Below are positions 1 through 9,650 of a stretch of DNA of 64,000 nt, in pieces. The stretch covers positions 7,509-71,508 of the forward strand of contig JAOAHJ010000002.1 of NCBI GenBank assembly GCA_026415295.1, in the 5' to 3' direction. The DNA comes from Spirochaetota bacterium (lineage in GTDB: Bacteria; Spirochaetota; JAAYUW01; JAOAHJ01). The notes beneath the pieces were generated by a model. That model saw only the letters and a list, made by a program, of their open reading frames with translations. It was not told the DNA's origin and did no database searches. Position 1 is the first letter of the stretch, and each line of letters opens with the position of its first letter. The translations under genes and the position numbers were made by a program.

Positions 1-1553
1 ATATCTTTTTTTCTATCAAAATAATTTTGAAGAAAATTATATGCATAAACAAAATTGTTTTTTTTAATATTATAAAACATAATTAATTCTACTAAATCAA
101 TATTTTGCTTAATTAAATTAATATTTTCTATTATAAATGAGTTAAATTTATCATATTGATCTAAATAAATAAGAATCTCTAAATACTTTCTTGAAAAAAT
201 AATAAAATTATCATTATTTAATTTTCTTTTTAGTATTTTATCTGCAATTTTAAGCAATTTCTCTTTTAAATCATTCTTTGATAAAAAATAACTCGAGTAG
301 TATTTAAAAAAAGAATCTAAATAAATAAATTCAATATAAAATAGAAAATTATTATACAACTCTAAATTATAATTTCTATCAAAATATTCCTCCATTTTAT
401 AATGTTCAAATGAAACTATAACTTTTTCAAACATATTATTTAAATAAAGTATAATAGAAAATGGAGCATATATAAAAGGATCAAAAAGTAGTTCTTTTTT
501 TATTTCTAAATCATTAATTATAATAGTATTTGGATTATTCTTATAATAATCGATATTCTCCTCAAAAATATTAATTAAATAATTATAATAATATGTTTGT
601 AAATCAAGTCCAAAATTATAAGATTTATTTAAATATTCTTTTGACTCCTTATTTTTTTCAAGATAATAATAAATATTTGAAATTAAAAAATTTATCTTCC
701 TTTCATTTTGAGGTAAAATTTTCCTATTTACCAAACTTAATAAAACATCTAAAGATTCAATAAACTTACCATTCATATATAAAAAATATGCAAGATTAAT
801 GTCGAAATAAACTCTTATATCATATTCTATATTGAAATTAATAAGTGATTCTGTTTTTATTTTATAATTATCTAAATTTAATTTAGAAGTTAAAACATCA
901 TAATTTTTATGTATTTTAAGTGCCTTTATTAAATTTTCACCATCAATATAATTTTTTTGAATATTTAAAATATTTAAATAAAGTATAAAAGCTTCTAAAT
1001 TATAAATATTTGAAAAATTAAAATAAAAATTTTCAATATTTAATTTCTTATTTTTTACTTTCTTAATTCTTAATGACTTTTCTATAGTTTCTTTTGCCCT
1101 GTTTAACTCTCCTTTTTTAATATAAATTAAAGAGTAGATTAAATCTATTTCTGCACTATTAAAAAGTTTTTTATATTGTTCAAGATACTTCTCTATATTA
1201 AGAAAATCATTTAAAATATAACAAACATGAAAATAAAAAAGTAACAAATCCTTTTGAAAATCTTTTTGCAATTTATAGCTAAATAAAATATTTTCAATAC
1301 TGTCTTTAATAAGATAATATTTGCCAGAAATATAATAAAGTTTTAAATCATTTTTTATTTTTAAAGTATCAATTTTATTATTTTGTAATTTTAATGGGCT
1401 TGATATAAAAATATTATAACAAGTAATAATTATTATAATAAAAATTATTATCGAGATAAAAATTATAAAAAAAACCTTCAAAAAATATTTATTATTATTT
1501 GATTCATTGCTAGATATTTTAAAATATTTTGGTTTATACTTAACCATACACAT
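1..1553 (-). CDS. TPR-like protein with N-terminal transmembrane helix (3'-partial, runs off the window start)
   Basis: Absent from the ORF track. Frame starts ATG at 1553 or 1547 (MVKYKPKYF...) and had no stops in the lines I translated down to position 1. Hydrophobic stretch VFFIIFISIIIFIIIII; TPR-like segments YSLIYIKKGELNRAKETIEK and FLISNIYYYLEKIKESKEYLNK. Confidence 0.7.
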   Translation of the reverse strand, partial: MCMVKYKPKYFKISSNESNNNKYFLKVFFIIFISIIIFIIIIITCYNIFISSPLKLQNNKIDTLKIKNDLKLYYISGKYYLIKDSIENILFSYKLQKDFQKDLLLFYFHVCYILNDFLNIEKYLEQYKKLFNSAEIDLIYSLIYIKKGELNRAKETIEKSLRIKKVKNKKLNIENFYFNFSNIYNLEAFILYLNILNIQKNYIDGENLIKALKIHKNYDVLTSKLNLDNYKIKTESLINFNIEYDIRVYFDINLAYFLYMNGKFIESLDVLLSLVNRKILPQNERKINFLISNIYYYLEKNKESKEYLNKSYNFGLDLQTYYYNYLINIFEENIDYYKNNPNTIIINDLEIKKELLFDPFIYAPFSIILYLNNMFEKVIVSFEHYKMEEYFDRNYNLELYNNFLFYIEFIYLDSFFKYYSSYFLSKNDLKEKLLKIADKILKRKLNNDNFIIFSRKYLEILIYLDQYDKFNSFIIENINLIKQNIDLVELIMFYNIKKNNFVYAYNFLQNYFDRKKD

Positions 1554-1682
1554 TTTTTAAATTAAACAAATATATTTTTTTATCAAGATTTTAATAATCA
1601 AGAAAATAATTTAATTTTAAAAGATATCATAAATTTGATTTTTTTTTATATTAGTATAAATTTTTTTAAAAAATAAACTTAT

Positions 1683-2171
1683 ATGACAGATAAATACGAT
1701 ATAGATAAATTAAATTTATCGCCTCTAGGTGCTGAACTATTTGATGCTGTTATAAATATAATCGAATCTTTATTAAAGACTTATGGTAAATTAAGAACCC
1801 AAGTTTTTTACCCTAAAAAAAAAGATAATGGAGAAATAGAAATCTTATCAATAGAACTTTCAAAAATAATAGATCAGATTATTGATGAATTTGGTCTTAA
1901 AGCACCATTTGATAACAAAGAATCTCAATATTTTTCATTTTTTAGAGAAACAGCACTAAATATATTAAAAATTAAAATAGAAAATGAATCTCCTACTACA
2001 TATATATTTGTATCTCAAAATGATGATGTCATAACTGCAATAATTAGAGACCCTTCTTATTTTGGAATCACTAAAGTAATAATGAACTTTGAATCAAATA
2101 ATTTAATCCTATCTAAAATTGAACACCTTCCTTCAAATAGTTATACAAATCCTATGTTTATTGGATTATAA
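1683..2171 (+). CDS. Hypothetical protein (162 aa)
   Basis: Clean ORF with globular-looking composition; no motif recognised. Confidence 0.7.
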   Translation: MTDKYDIDKLNLSPLGAELFDAVINIIESLLKTYGKLRTQVFYPKKKDNGEIEILSIELSKIIDQIIDEFGLKAPFDNKESQYFSFFRETALNILKIKIENESPTTYIFVSQNDDVITAIIRDPSYFGITKVIMNFESNNLILSKIEHLPSNSYTNPMFIGL

Positions 2172-2203
2172 GTCTTTTCATAAAAACTATATTAATAATA
2201 ACT

Positions 2204-3514
2204 TTAATAAAATTTCTTTTCTTTTTCTATAAAATTTAAGTAGGATCCAAAAATTCCAGCAATCTTTCCTTCCTTAATTATAGCTAAATTTAAATCTTTT
2301 AAGAAAATTTCAAATGTATAATATTTTAATTTTTCATAAACAAGTTTAATAATATTTGGAAAATTAACAATTAAAGCACCTGAATATACAATTGAAGATG
2401 GATTAAAAATGTTTATAATATTTCCTGTAAGAATTGCTAAAGAATTTATCCATTCATCAACAGTTTTCACTTCCGTATCACTAAGAGTTCCAGAAAAATA
2501 ATTATTTAATATTTCTTCACCATTGCTAAATTTACCTTCAAAACTTTTAATTAAACTTCTAGCTGAAGAGAAAGTTTCAGCACATCCTTTTTTCCCACAA
2601 CCACAAATTAAATCTGACTTTTTATCTATAATCGTATGACCAATTTCTCCCGCATAACCATTGAAACCTTCAAAAATTTTATCATTTATTATTAAAGCTC
2701 CACCAATACCTGAACCTATAGCTATTATAATATCACAACTATCTCTATTTTTATTATCTTTACTATATTTAAAATATTTTTTATGAAAATTTAATTTAAA
2801 ATTTTCATTCTTAACTCTTTTATCCTCTATAAAAATAATTTCATCGTTATAATTCTTTTGTTTTTTTAAGTAAATATAATAATACCCTTGAGCATTTAAA
2901 TCATTTATAATATGTATTTTTAAGTCTAAAAAAGTATTAAAACTTAAACCACTTATATTTGGTAAATTTGGATTTACACTTTCTATCAATTTATCAATAT
3001 TATTACAAAAACCAGGTGATGATATAGCAAGAAACTTTATATTTTTTTCTTTTAAATTTTTCAATAAATAAAAATTACTAAGAATGAAAAAACTATTACT
3101 ATTAATAAATATTTTTTCTATTAAGTTTTTTAAATAATTCTCAAAAGAAATAATATTTATATTTAAGATTTTATTAAAATATTCTATATATTTTTTCTTT
3201 TTAGTCATTTCTACAAAAAAAGGATTAAAATACTCATCTATGTATTTTTTATAAAAAATTCTTTTATCATGCATACCTGATTCAAAACTTTCTGAGCTTA
3301 CTATAAAAAAGTTTTTATTATAAAGAAAAATAAGAAATTCAACTAGCAAGCAAATTTCATAAACACTAATTTCTGAAAATATTCTTAATTGCCCCCACAG
3401 TAGTATTTTATAATTTACTATAAAGCCATATTTTATATTAGTACCTCCAATATCAAGTGACAAAACAATATCTTTTATCACATTAAATTTTTTTTTATTA
3501 ATATTACTAGTCAT
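2204..3514 (-). CDS. ROK family sugar kinase (glucokinase-like) with large insertions
   Basis: Motifs DIGGTNI, NDLNA, GSGIGG, GEIGH and the Zn motif CGCGKKGCAE. Confidence 0.88.
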   Translation of the reverse strand: MTSNINKKKFNVIKDIVLSLDIGGTNIKYGFIVNYKILLWGQLRIFSEISVYEICLLVEFLIFLYNKNFFIVSSESFESGMHDKRIFYKKYIDEYFNPFFVEMTKKKKYIEYFNKILNINIISFENYLKNLIEKIFINSNSFFILSNFYLLKNLKEKNIKFLAISSPGFCNNIDKLIESVNPNLPNISGLSFNTFLDLKIHIINDLNAQGYYYIYLKKQKNYNDEIIFIEDKRVKNENFKLNFHKKYFKYSKDNKNRDSCDIIIAIGSGIGGALIINDKIFEGFNGYAGEIGHTIIDKKSDLICGCGKKGCAETFSSARSLIKSFEGKFSNGEEILNNYFSGTLSDTEVKTVDEWINSLAILTGNIINIFNPSSIVYSGALIVNFPNIIKLVYEKLKYYTFEIFLKDLNLAIIKEGKIAGIFGSYLNFIEKEKKFY

Positions 3515-3528
3515 TAACTTTCTCCACT

Positions 3529-4302
3529 TTATGGTCTATACTTTTTGCCTTTATGATCAGGGGGTGAAAAATATCTGTCCAAAAAAAAATTATAAGATGG
3601 GTTTCTAAAACTTGCAAAAATATTGTCTTTTATTTCTGGAATATCTTTTTCTATTGAATTTATCAAATTCATAATATATTTTCTCCTCTTATTATCTCCT
3701 ATTGTGCAATGTTGTTTAAATACAGGTAATCTATAATAATCTTTATATTCTGTAATTTCTCTTTCATCAATATACGCAAGAGGCCTTATAATTACAAATT
3801 TTTCATCTAAGATAGGTAATTTAACTAGTTGTGAAGCACAAGTCCTATGATAAAAAATATTCATAAGTGATGTTGCTACTATATCATCTTTAGTATGTCC
3901 CAATGCAATTTTTTTAATCTTTAATTTATAGGCTTCTTCGAATATCCATTTTCTTCTAATTTGTGAACATAAATAACAAGGATTTTTTTTCTCTTTTAAA
4001 ACAATATCAATTAAATTACTATCTTTATGAAAAAAAGGTATTTTATACTCTTTACAATAATCCTCAACAATTTGATATTGATCACTTTTTTTTATAGATA
4101 AATGAAATACATTTAATTCATATTTAATCGGCAATATTCTATAAATTAAATTTTTTCTCAATAAATCAAGCAATGTAACAGAATCTTTCCCTCCTGAAAC
4201 AGCAATTAATATTCTGTCCCCATCAGCTATTAAATCATAATCAAGACAAGCTCGACCCATTTTTCTTAAGATTTTTAAATCTAATTTTTTTAAATTTTCC
4301 AT
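3529..4302 (-). CDS. ttcA: tRNA 2-thiocytidine biosynthesis protein, TtcA family
   Basis: PP-loop SGGKDS, CYLC, GHTKDD and IIRPLAY. Confidence 0.85.
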   Translation of the reverse strand: MENLKKLDLKILRKMGRACLDYDLIADGDRILIAVSGGKDSVTLLDLLRKNLIYRILPIKYELNVFHLSIKKSDQYQIVEDYCKEYKIPFFHKDSNLIDIVLKEKKNPCYLCSQIRRKWIFEEAYKLKIKKIALGHTKDDIVATSLMNIFYHRTCASQLVKLPILDEKFVIIRPLAYIDEREITEYKDYYRLPVFKQHCTIGDNKRRKYIMNLINSIEKDIPEIKDNIFASFRNPSYNFFLDRYFSPPDHKGKKYRP

Positions 4303-4318
4303 ATATTATATACAATTT

Positions 4319-6706
4319 TTAACAAATAATATTTTCTAAAAATTTCTTTATTATTTTTTTATTAATTTTTTTATAACCATTAAACTCATCAATAATACCT
4401 ATACACGAAATACATCCTTTTTCACAGGAACAATTATCTATTCTATCTATAAAATTTTTAAATACTTCAGGTAAAAGGTTAAACATCTCTTTACTTAAAT
4501 TAACACCTCCGTAAATTTTATCAAAAATAAAAAATCCAGGAATATTATAAAATGGAGATTTTAAAAAATCAGAATAACCTAAGTCTTTTTTATCGCAAGA
4601 AAGAATTAAAGCAAAAATATGCAAAGATTGATATGCCAAACTATTTATAATTTCACTTATAAATTCATTCAAATAAAGATCATTATTTAAATAAAAAATA
4701 AACAATTCAATGTTTTTATCTAGTTCATTTTCTTTTTCTTTAATAAATTCCTTTTTCATTTTATCCAATATACTTCTAATATCATCAAAACCTATAAATA
4801 TAGACTCTGTTGGGAATTGATAAGATGGAAGACTAATATCTCCATATCCAACATTCTCAGAAGTGAAAAACTTAATCTTTTTATATTTAAAAACTGTTGT
4901 AGTAACCATTACATTTAAATATGTAATTAATAAATTTGAATTATTTAATTTTAACAATTTTTCCTTTATTTGTTTTAATATTTCTATATCAGTTTTTGTT
5001 AAAGCATCAGTATAATAATCTGCACTAACTTCTTTTATAAAAGCTTTAGAATTTCTAATATCAAGTTCTACAACTTCATAAATTTGGGATCTGTGAAGAT
5101 ATATTGCTTTTGGAAATAAAAGAGAGAAAGCAGAAATTCTATCCATTTCACCTATTACTATATTTTTATTATTAGTAGTATCAATTATAACATAGTTTTC
5201 TGGATCAGAATTTCTTAATGAAACATTTTCCGCTGGGAATGAATTATCAGTATAATAAAAAGTTATCTTTTCTTTTTTGGCAACATTCTCTTTAGTCATT
5301 TCATTTAAAATTGAAGATGGATCAAAAGAATAAAATTTTTCATCTTCATTAAAAGGTAACTCAAATAAAGCACATTTTAAGTGTGAGTAATAAACATATT
5401 TATTGTAAGGATTAATCATTGGTTTTTCAGGATTCATCTTAAAGAAAATCTCAGGATTATCCATAAAATACTGATCTATAGGGGAATTTGATGCAATAAA
5501 AAAAACATAAGAATTTCCTTTTCTACCTGCTCTTCCAGCTTGCTGGAAAAATGAGGCTATAGAATCTGGAAAACCAGATATAATGCAAACATCAAAAGAT
5601 CCAATATCAATTCCCAATTCAAGAGCATTTGTTGAAGAAACATATCTTATCTTTTTTTCTTTTAACTTTTTTTCTATTTCTTTTCTCTCTTTTGGTAAAT
5701 AACCCCCTCTATATGAAGAAATCTCATTTTCTAAATCTTTATTTAATTTTTTTAAATATGATGAAGCCAATTCAACATATAATCTAGAAGGAAAAAAGTT
5801 AATAATTTGAAATTCTGTATTTTTTAATAATTTTGAAGAAATCTTAACGGTTTCAGATAATATTCCTCTTCTAATATTTAGTCCTTTTATCAGAGGTGGA
5901 TTATAAAAAATAAACTTTTTACTTATTATTGGTGCTCCATTTTCATCTATATGAAAAACTTCTTCATTTATAACCTTTTCTGCATGTTCTTTTGCATTAG
6001 ATATAGTTGCAGATAATAAAATAAATTGAATGTTAATATTGCCATAAAATTTGGCTATTCTTTTTAATCTTTCAATAAGAAGGGCAAAATGCGATCCAAA
6101 AATACCTTTATATACATGCAACTCGTCGATAACTATAAATTTTAAATTTTGAAAAAATTTAGACCACTTTGTATGATTAGGTAATATACCGTTATGTAAC
6201 ATATCTGGATTTGTAAGAATAATGTCTCCATTAATTCTTACTGCCGATCTTATTGAAGAGGGAGTATCTCCATCATATTGATAAACATATATATTGAAAA
6301 ATTCTGATACTTTTTTTAAGAAATCATTAATTTTATCCAATTTTTCAACTTGATCAGATGTTAAAGCTTTAGTCGGAAAAATGTAAATAGCTTTTGGAGA
6401 TAAAACTTTATTTTTTATAATATAATCCAAAATATACAAATTGTAGCATAATGATTTACCTGAAGCTGTTGGAGTTGTAATTAGTATATTTTTGTTCTCT
6501 TTTAATTTATTATATGATAAATACTGATGTCTATATAGTTTTTTAATTCCTTCATTTTGAAAAAATTCTTTTAATTTTTGATCTATTTCATCAGGATATT
6601 CTTCATAAATACCATCTCTTTCTTTAATTTCATATATCAATCTAATATTTTGTTTTATTTCATTTAAAATCTTCTCTATTGTGTTCTCTTTTTCTTTCTT
6701 TAACAT
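4319..6706 (-). CDS. DEAD/DEAH-box helicase with C-terminal DUF1998 Zn domain (MrfA/SftH/Hrq1-like)
   Basis: TPTASGKS, PTKAL, DELH, SAT, TNALELGIDIG, QQAGRAGR; C-terminal C...CSCEKGCISC. Confidence 0.9.
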   Translation of the reverse strand: MLKKEKENTIEKILNEIKQNIRLIYEIKERDGIYEEYPDEIDQKLKEFFQNEGIKKLYRHQYLSYNKLKENKNILITTPTASGKSLCYNLYILDYIIKNKVLSPKAIYIFPTKALTSDQVEKLDKINDFLKKVSEFFNIYVYQYDGDTPSSIRSAVRINGDIILTNPDMLHNGILPNHTKWSKFFQNLKFIVIDELHVYKGIFGSHFALLIERLKRIAKFYGNINIQFILLSATISNAKEHAEKVINEEVFHIDENGAPIISKKFIFYNPPLIKGLNIRRGILSETVKISSKLLKNTEFQIINFFPSRLYVELASSYLKKLNKDLENEISSYRGGYLPKERKEIEKKLKEKKIRYVSSTNALELGIDIGSFDVCIISGFPDSIASFFQQAGRAGRKGNSYVFFIASNSPIDQYFMDNPEIFFKMNPEKPMINPYNKYVYYSHLKCALFELPFNEDEKFYSFDPSSILNEMTKENVAKKEKITFYYTDNSFPAENVSLRNSDPENYVIIDTTNNKNIVIGEMDRISAFSLLFPKAIYLHRSQIYEVVELDIRNSKAFIKEVSADYYTDALTKTDIEILKQIKEKLLKLNNSNLLITYLNVMVTTTVFKYKKIKFFTSENVGYGDISLPSYQFPTESIFIGFDDIRSILDKMKKEFIKEKENELDKNIELFIFYLNNDLYLNEFISEIINSLAYQSLHIFALILSCDKKDLGYSDFLKSPFYNIPGFFIFDKIYGGVNLSKEMFNLLPEVFKNFIDRIDNCSCEKGCISCIGIIDEFNGYKKINKKIIKKFLENIIC

Positions 6707-8303
6707 ATTTAGTCTCTAATTCTTTGCTTTCAAGTTTACTTATTTTTTCACTTATCTTATAAAATTTTTCACAATATTCAAGAATTTGTTTCCTTATAGT
6801 CTCAAGAAAATTAGCCAATTTTAATTTTAAATCAACATCAAGTACAAATATCTTCTTTTCTATTATTTCATCTGCACAAAATTTACCTTTATAAAAATAA
6901 ATTACATTATCATAATACATTTTATCAAAAAGAAATATTTTAGATTTTAAATTGTAAAGATTGTTAACTAATTTATTTCTGTAATCATTTATTATATTCA
7001 TTTTTAAATAAAATTCATTTTCATTATATTTACTTTTATTTTTTAAAAGTTCATCTTCTTTTTTCTTTACATCTTTTAATAAATCCTCTATTACATATGA
7101 ATAACCCATTATAATTTCATTTTTTCCACCACTTTCTTTTCCACAAGAATTAACAAATAATTTTTGATAAAAAGTAATCTTGGATGATAGTATTTCTCCT
7201 TCTTTCTTTGTAACAATTATATTTTTATTAGATAAAACAGAACTCATTATAATTTCTCTTTCTACTATAATATTACCCTTAACTTTTATATAACAGTTTT
7301 CAATGTATTGACAAAAAAGATCACCTTCAATATTATAGATTGAATCTATTCTACCAACAATTCCTTTTCTTAAATATAAATTTCCATTAATAGTTAATGA
7401 TTTAGGACTATATATCCCTCCAAGAACATAAAAATCTCCATTTATTTCAACTTCAATATTTTCTAATATATTTCCATCAACAATTACCGAAGAATTTGAA
7501 TGTATATTTCCTGATGCTATGGAAATATCTCCTTTAATTTTAACGAAATCTATTACATTTATCTTATTTTCTTTAATTGATAAAATACCATCACAATCAG
7601 CAATTACAAAGCCTTCAGCCCTACTAACATTTTTACCTAAAAGATAGAGAGGCTTGTTATCATATTTTGCAGGAATTAATTTCCCAAATAAATCATTTCC
7701 ATCCTCAGGTTGCAATTCTTGTTCAATTTTTGCAATAGTATCACCTTTTTTAACAGGAACTAAAAATTTTCTTTCAAAATAATCAATATTTCCATATTCA
7801 TCTATAAGTCCTGGAATAACTTTATCATCAATAAGTAAATAAATTTTTTCACAATGACCATCTTTTGGATACTTTCCCTTATGAATTGTATAAAAACCTG
7901 GTTTCCTATATTCTTTTAATATATCTGGATTAAAATTAAAGATATTTAAACTTAGTAGTTCACTCTTTAGTTGATCATAATCAACATCATTAACATTATA
8001 TGGTAATAATAGGTAAAGTTTCATATTATCATTTGAGATAATATATAGGGGATATATCTTTATTTCATTTGAAAAACAGATATATCCTTGAAATGGTGCA
8101 TATAATTTCTTCTTATCTTGATTGAAATAAAAAGAACCTGTAAAATTAACTGTTTCCTTTTCATCTTCTAATTCAATAATTAGTTGATCTTTTTTAACAA
8201 AATTTTTTACTATTTCTAATACTTCATCTTTAACAATTTTTCCATTTTTAATATTATCAATATAAATATTAACAGGTAAATTTTTATTAAAATAAAATTT
8301 CAT
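6660..8303 (-). CDS. FapA / DUF342 family protein (flagellar assembly protein A-like)
   Basis: GNIDYFE..VKKGDTIA..DGNDLFGKLIPA, GKNV, and a beta-helix-like region (IKGDI..SGNI, VDGNI, INGDF). Confidence 0.82.
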   Translation of the reverse strand: MKFYFNKNLPVNIYIDNIKNGKIVKDEVLEIVKNFVKKDQLIIELEDEKETVNFTGSFYFNQDKKKLYAPFQGYICFSNEIKIYPLYIISNDNMKLYLLLPYNVNDVDYDQLKSELLSLNIFNFNPDILKEYRKPGFYTIHKGKYPKDGHCEKIYLLIDDKVIPGLIDEYGNIDYFERKFLVPVKKGDTIAKIEQELQPEDGNDLFGKLIPAKYDNKPLYLLGKNVSRAEGFVIADCDGILSIKENKINVIDFVKIKGDISIASGNIHSNSSVIVDGNILENIEVEINGDFYVLGGIYSPKSLTINGNLYLRKGIVGRIDSIYNIEGDLFCQYIENCYIKVKGNIIVEREIIMSSVLSNKNIIVTKKEGEILSSKITFYQKLFVNSCGKESGGKNEIIMGYSYVIEDLLKDVKKKEDELLKNKSKYNENEFYLKMNIINDYRNKLVNNLYNLKSKIFLFDKMYYDNVIYFYKGKFCADEIIEKKIFVLDVDLKLKLANFLETIRKQILEYCEKFYKISEKISKLESKELETKYVKERKREHNREDFK

Positions 8304-8405
8304 TTTTAATAAAAAAAATTATATTATTTAACAAAATTATAGAATAAATTAAAAATATTTTCAATATAAAATACAAAAATAAAAAAAACAATGTTTAAAT
8401 TTATT

Positions 8406-9500
8406 TTATTTCGTTTTAATATAGTTTTTAATAAATTTGTTAACCTCTAGGATATATTGATTTTTTAACACAGATTTTTCTTTTTCATTTAAAAAAGAAG
8501 CTTCTATAGTATTAAGATTTAAATTTATTAAATCTTCTAAAGTAAAGTCGAAATTTTCTATTACTTTTATATATTCATCTGTTAATATAGAATTTTGAAT
8601 TATTGGATCATCTGAATTTAAAGTTACTGGAATTCCTTTTCTAAATAATTCTCCAAATGGATGGGTTTTATCATTTTCCCAAGAACCAGTAAGCTTATTT
8701 GAAATTATACATTGCTCTAAATATATTCTATTATCTTTCAAAAATATTTGTAACTCCTTATCTTCTATAGTTGCAACTCCGTGTCCTATTCTTGAAGCAT
8801 AAAGATAAAATATAGCATCCCATATTTGTTTAGAATCAGTAACTTCTCCTGCATGAACTGTTATCTTATATAAATTATCATTAAAAACTATATTAAAAAA
8901 TTTTGTAAAAAGTTTGGGAGGATAATTTAGTTCATCGCCAGCAAGATCTATTCCTACAACATATTCCGGAGCTACATCTTTTAATTTATCATATAATTCT
9001 ATCATTTCATCTTGGTTTTGTTTATTTCTATTAAATGTCAATAAATATTTTATATTGATACCTTCTTCCTTTGCTGCTTTATTACCAATGTTTATTATTA
9101 ATTTAGTAATCTCCTTTCTATCAAAATTATTTTCAATAGAATAATGTTCAGGTGAGAATCTTAATTCAATATAAAAAATATTTTCCTCTTTAAGTGACTT
9201 TATTGCATTATAAGTCAAAATCTCAATATCTTTATATGTTTTGTAATAATTATTTCTAAATTTAGAAAGAAATAATAAAAAATCAGGTTTTGAGTCAGAA
9301 GGAAATTGTACCTCCTTTTTAAAATCTTCAAAATTATCAGGCAATCCTATCTTATTTTTTTTTGAAATTTCGTAAAGAGTTTCTAAAGGCATAGTACCTT
9401 CTAAATGCCTATGAAGTTCAACTTTAGGAAATTTTTTAATAGTATCTTTATTTAATAATATTTCCTTACCTACATTTAACTCTATTTTAGAATTATCCAT
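8406..9500 (-). CDS. add: Adenosine deaminase
   Basis: ELHRHLEG, GIDLAGDE, TVHAGE, RIGHG and NSDDP motifs. Confidence 0.9.
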   Translation of the reverse strand: MDNSKIELNVGKEILLNKDTIKKFPKVELHRHLEGTMPLETLYEISKKNKIGLPDNFEDFKKEVQFPSDSKPDFLLFLSKFRNNYYKTYKDIEILTYNAIKSLKEENIFYIELRFSPEHYSIENNFDRKEITKLIINIGNKAAKEEGINIKYLLTFNRNKQNQDEMIELYDKLKDVAPEYVVGIDLAGDELNYPPKLFTKFFNIVFNDNLYKITVHAGEVTDSKQIWDAIFYLYASRIGHGVATIEDKELQIFLKDNRIYLEQCIISNKLTGSWENDKTHPFGELFRKGIPVTLNSDDPIIQNSILTDEYIKVIENFDFTLEDLINLNLNTIEASFLNEKEKSVLKNQYILEVNKFIKNYIKTK

Positions 9501-9602
9501 AAAAAACCTTAAATTTGTATTTAAAGCAAAAATTAAATATATTAAAATTTTTTAAATAATCGGATTAAAAACAGAAAAATATTATTATTTTTTAATGAAT
9601 TA

Positions 9603-9630
9603 TTGACTATATTAATTAATTTTTTATATT
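9603..9630 (+). promoter_or_regulatory. Putative sigma70 promoter of serS
   Basis: TTGACT-N16-TATATT, followed by an AAGGA Shine-Dalgarno before ATG 9651. Confidence 0.45.
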
Positions 9631-9650
9631 AAATAAAAAAGGATTATTTT

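Noticed and set aside
2204..3514. Insertions in ROK and MurE as inteins or introns
   Set aside because: No C/S...HN splice termini or LAGLIDADG motifs; the inserts are in-frame and low complexity.
4319..6706. DUF1998 helicase as part of an anti-phage system (DISARM/Druantia)
   Set aside because: No methylase, PLD nuclease or SNF2 partners; housekeeping neighbourhood.
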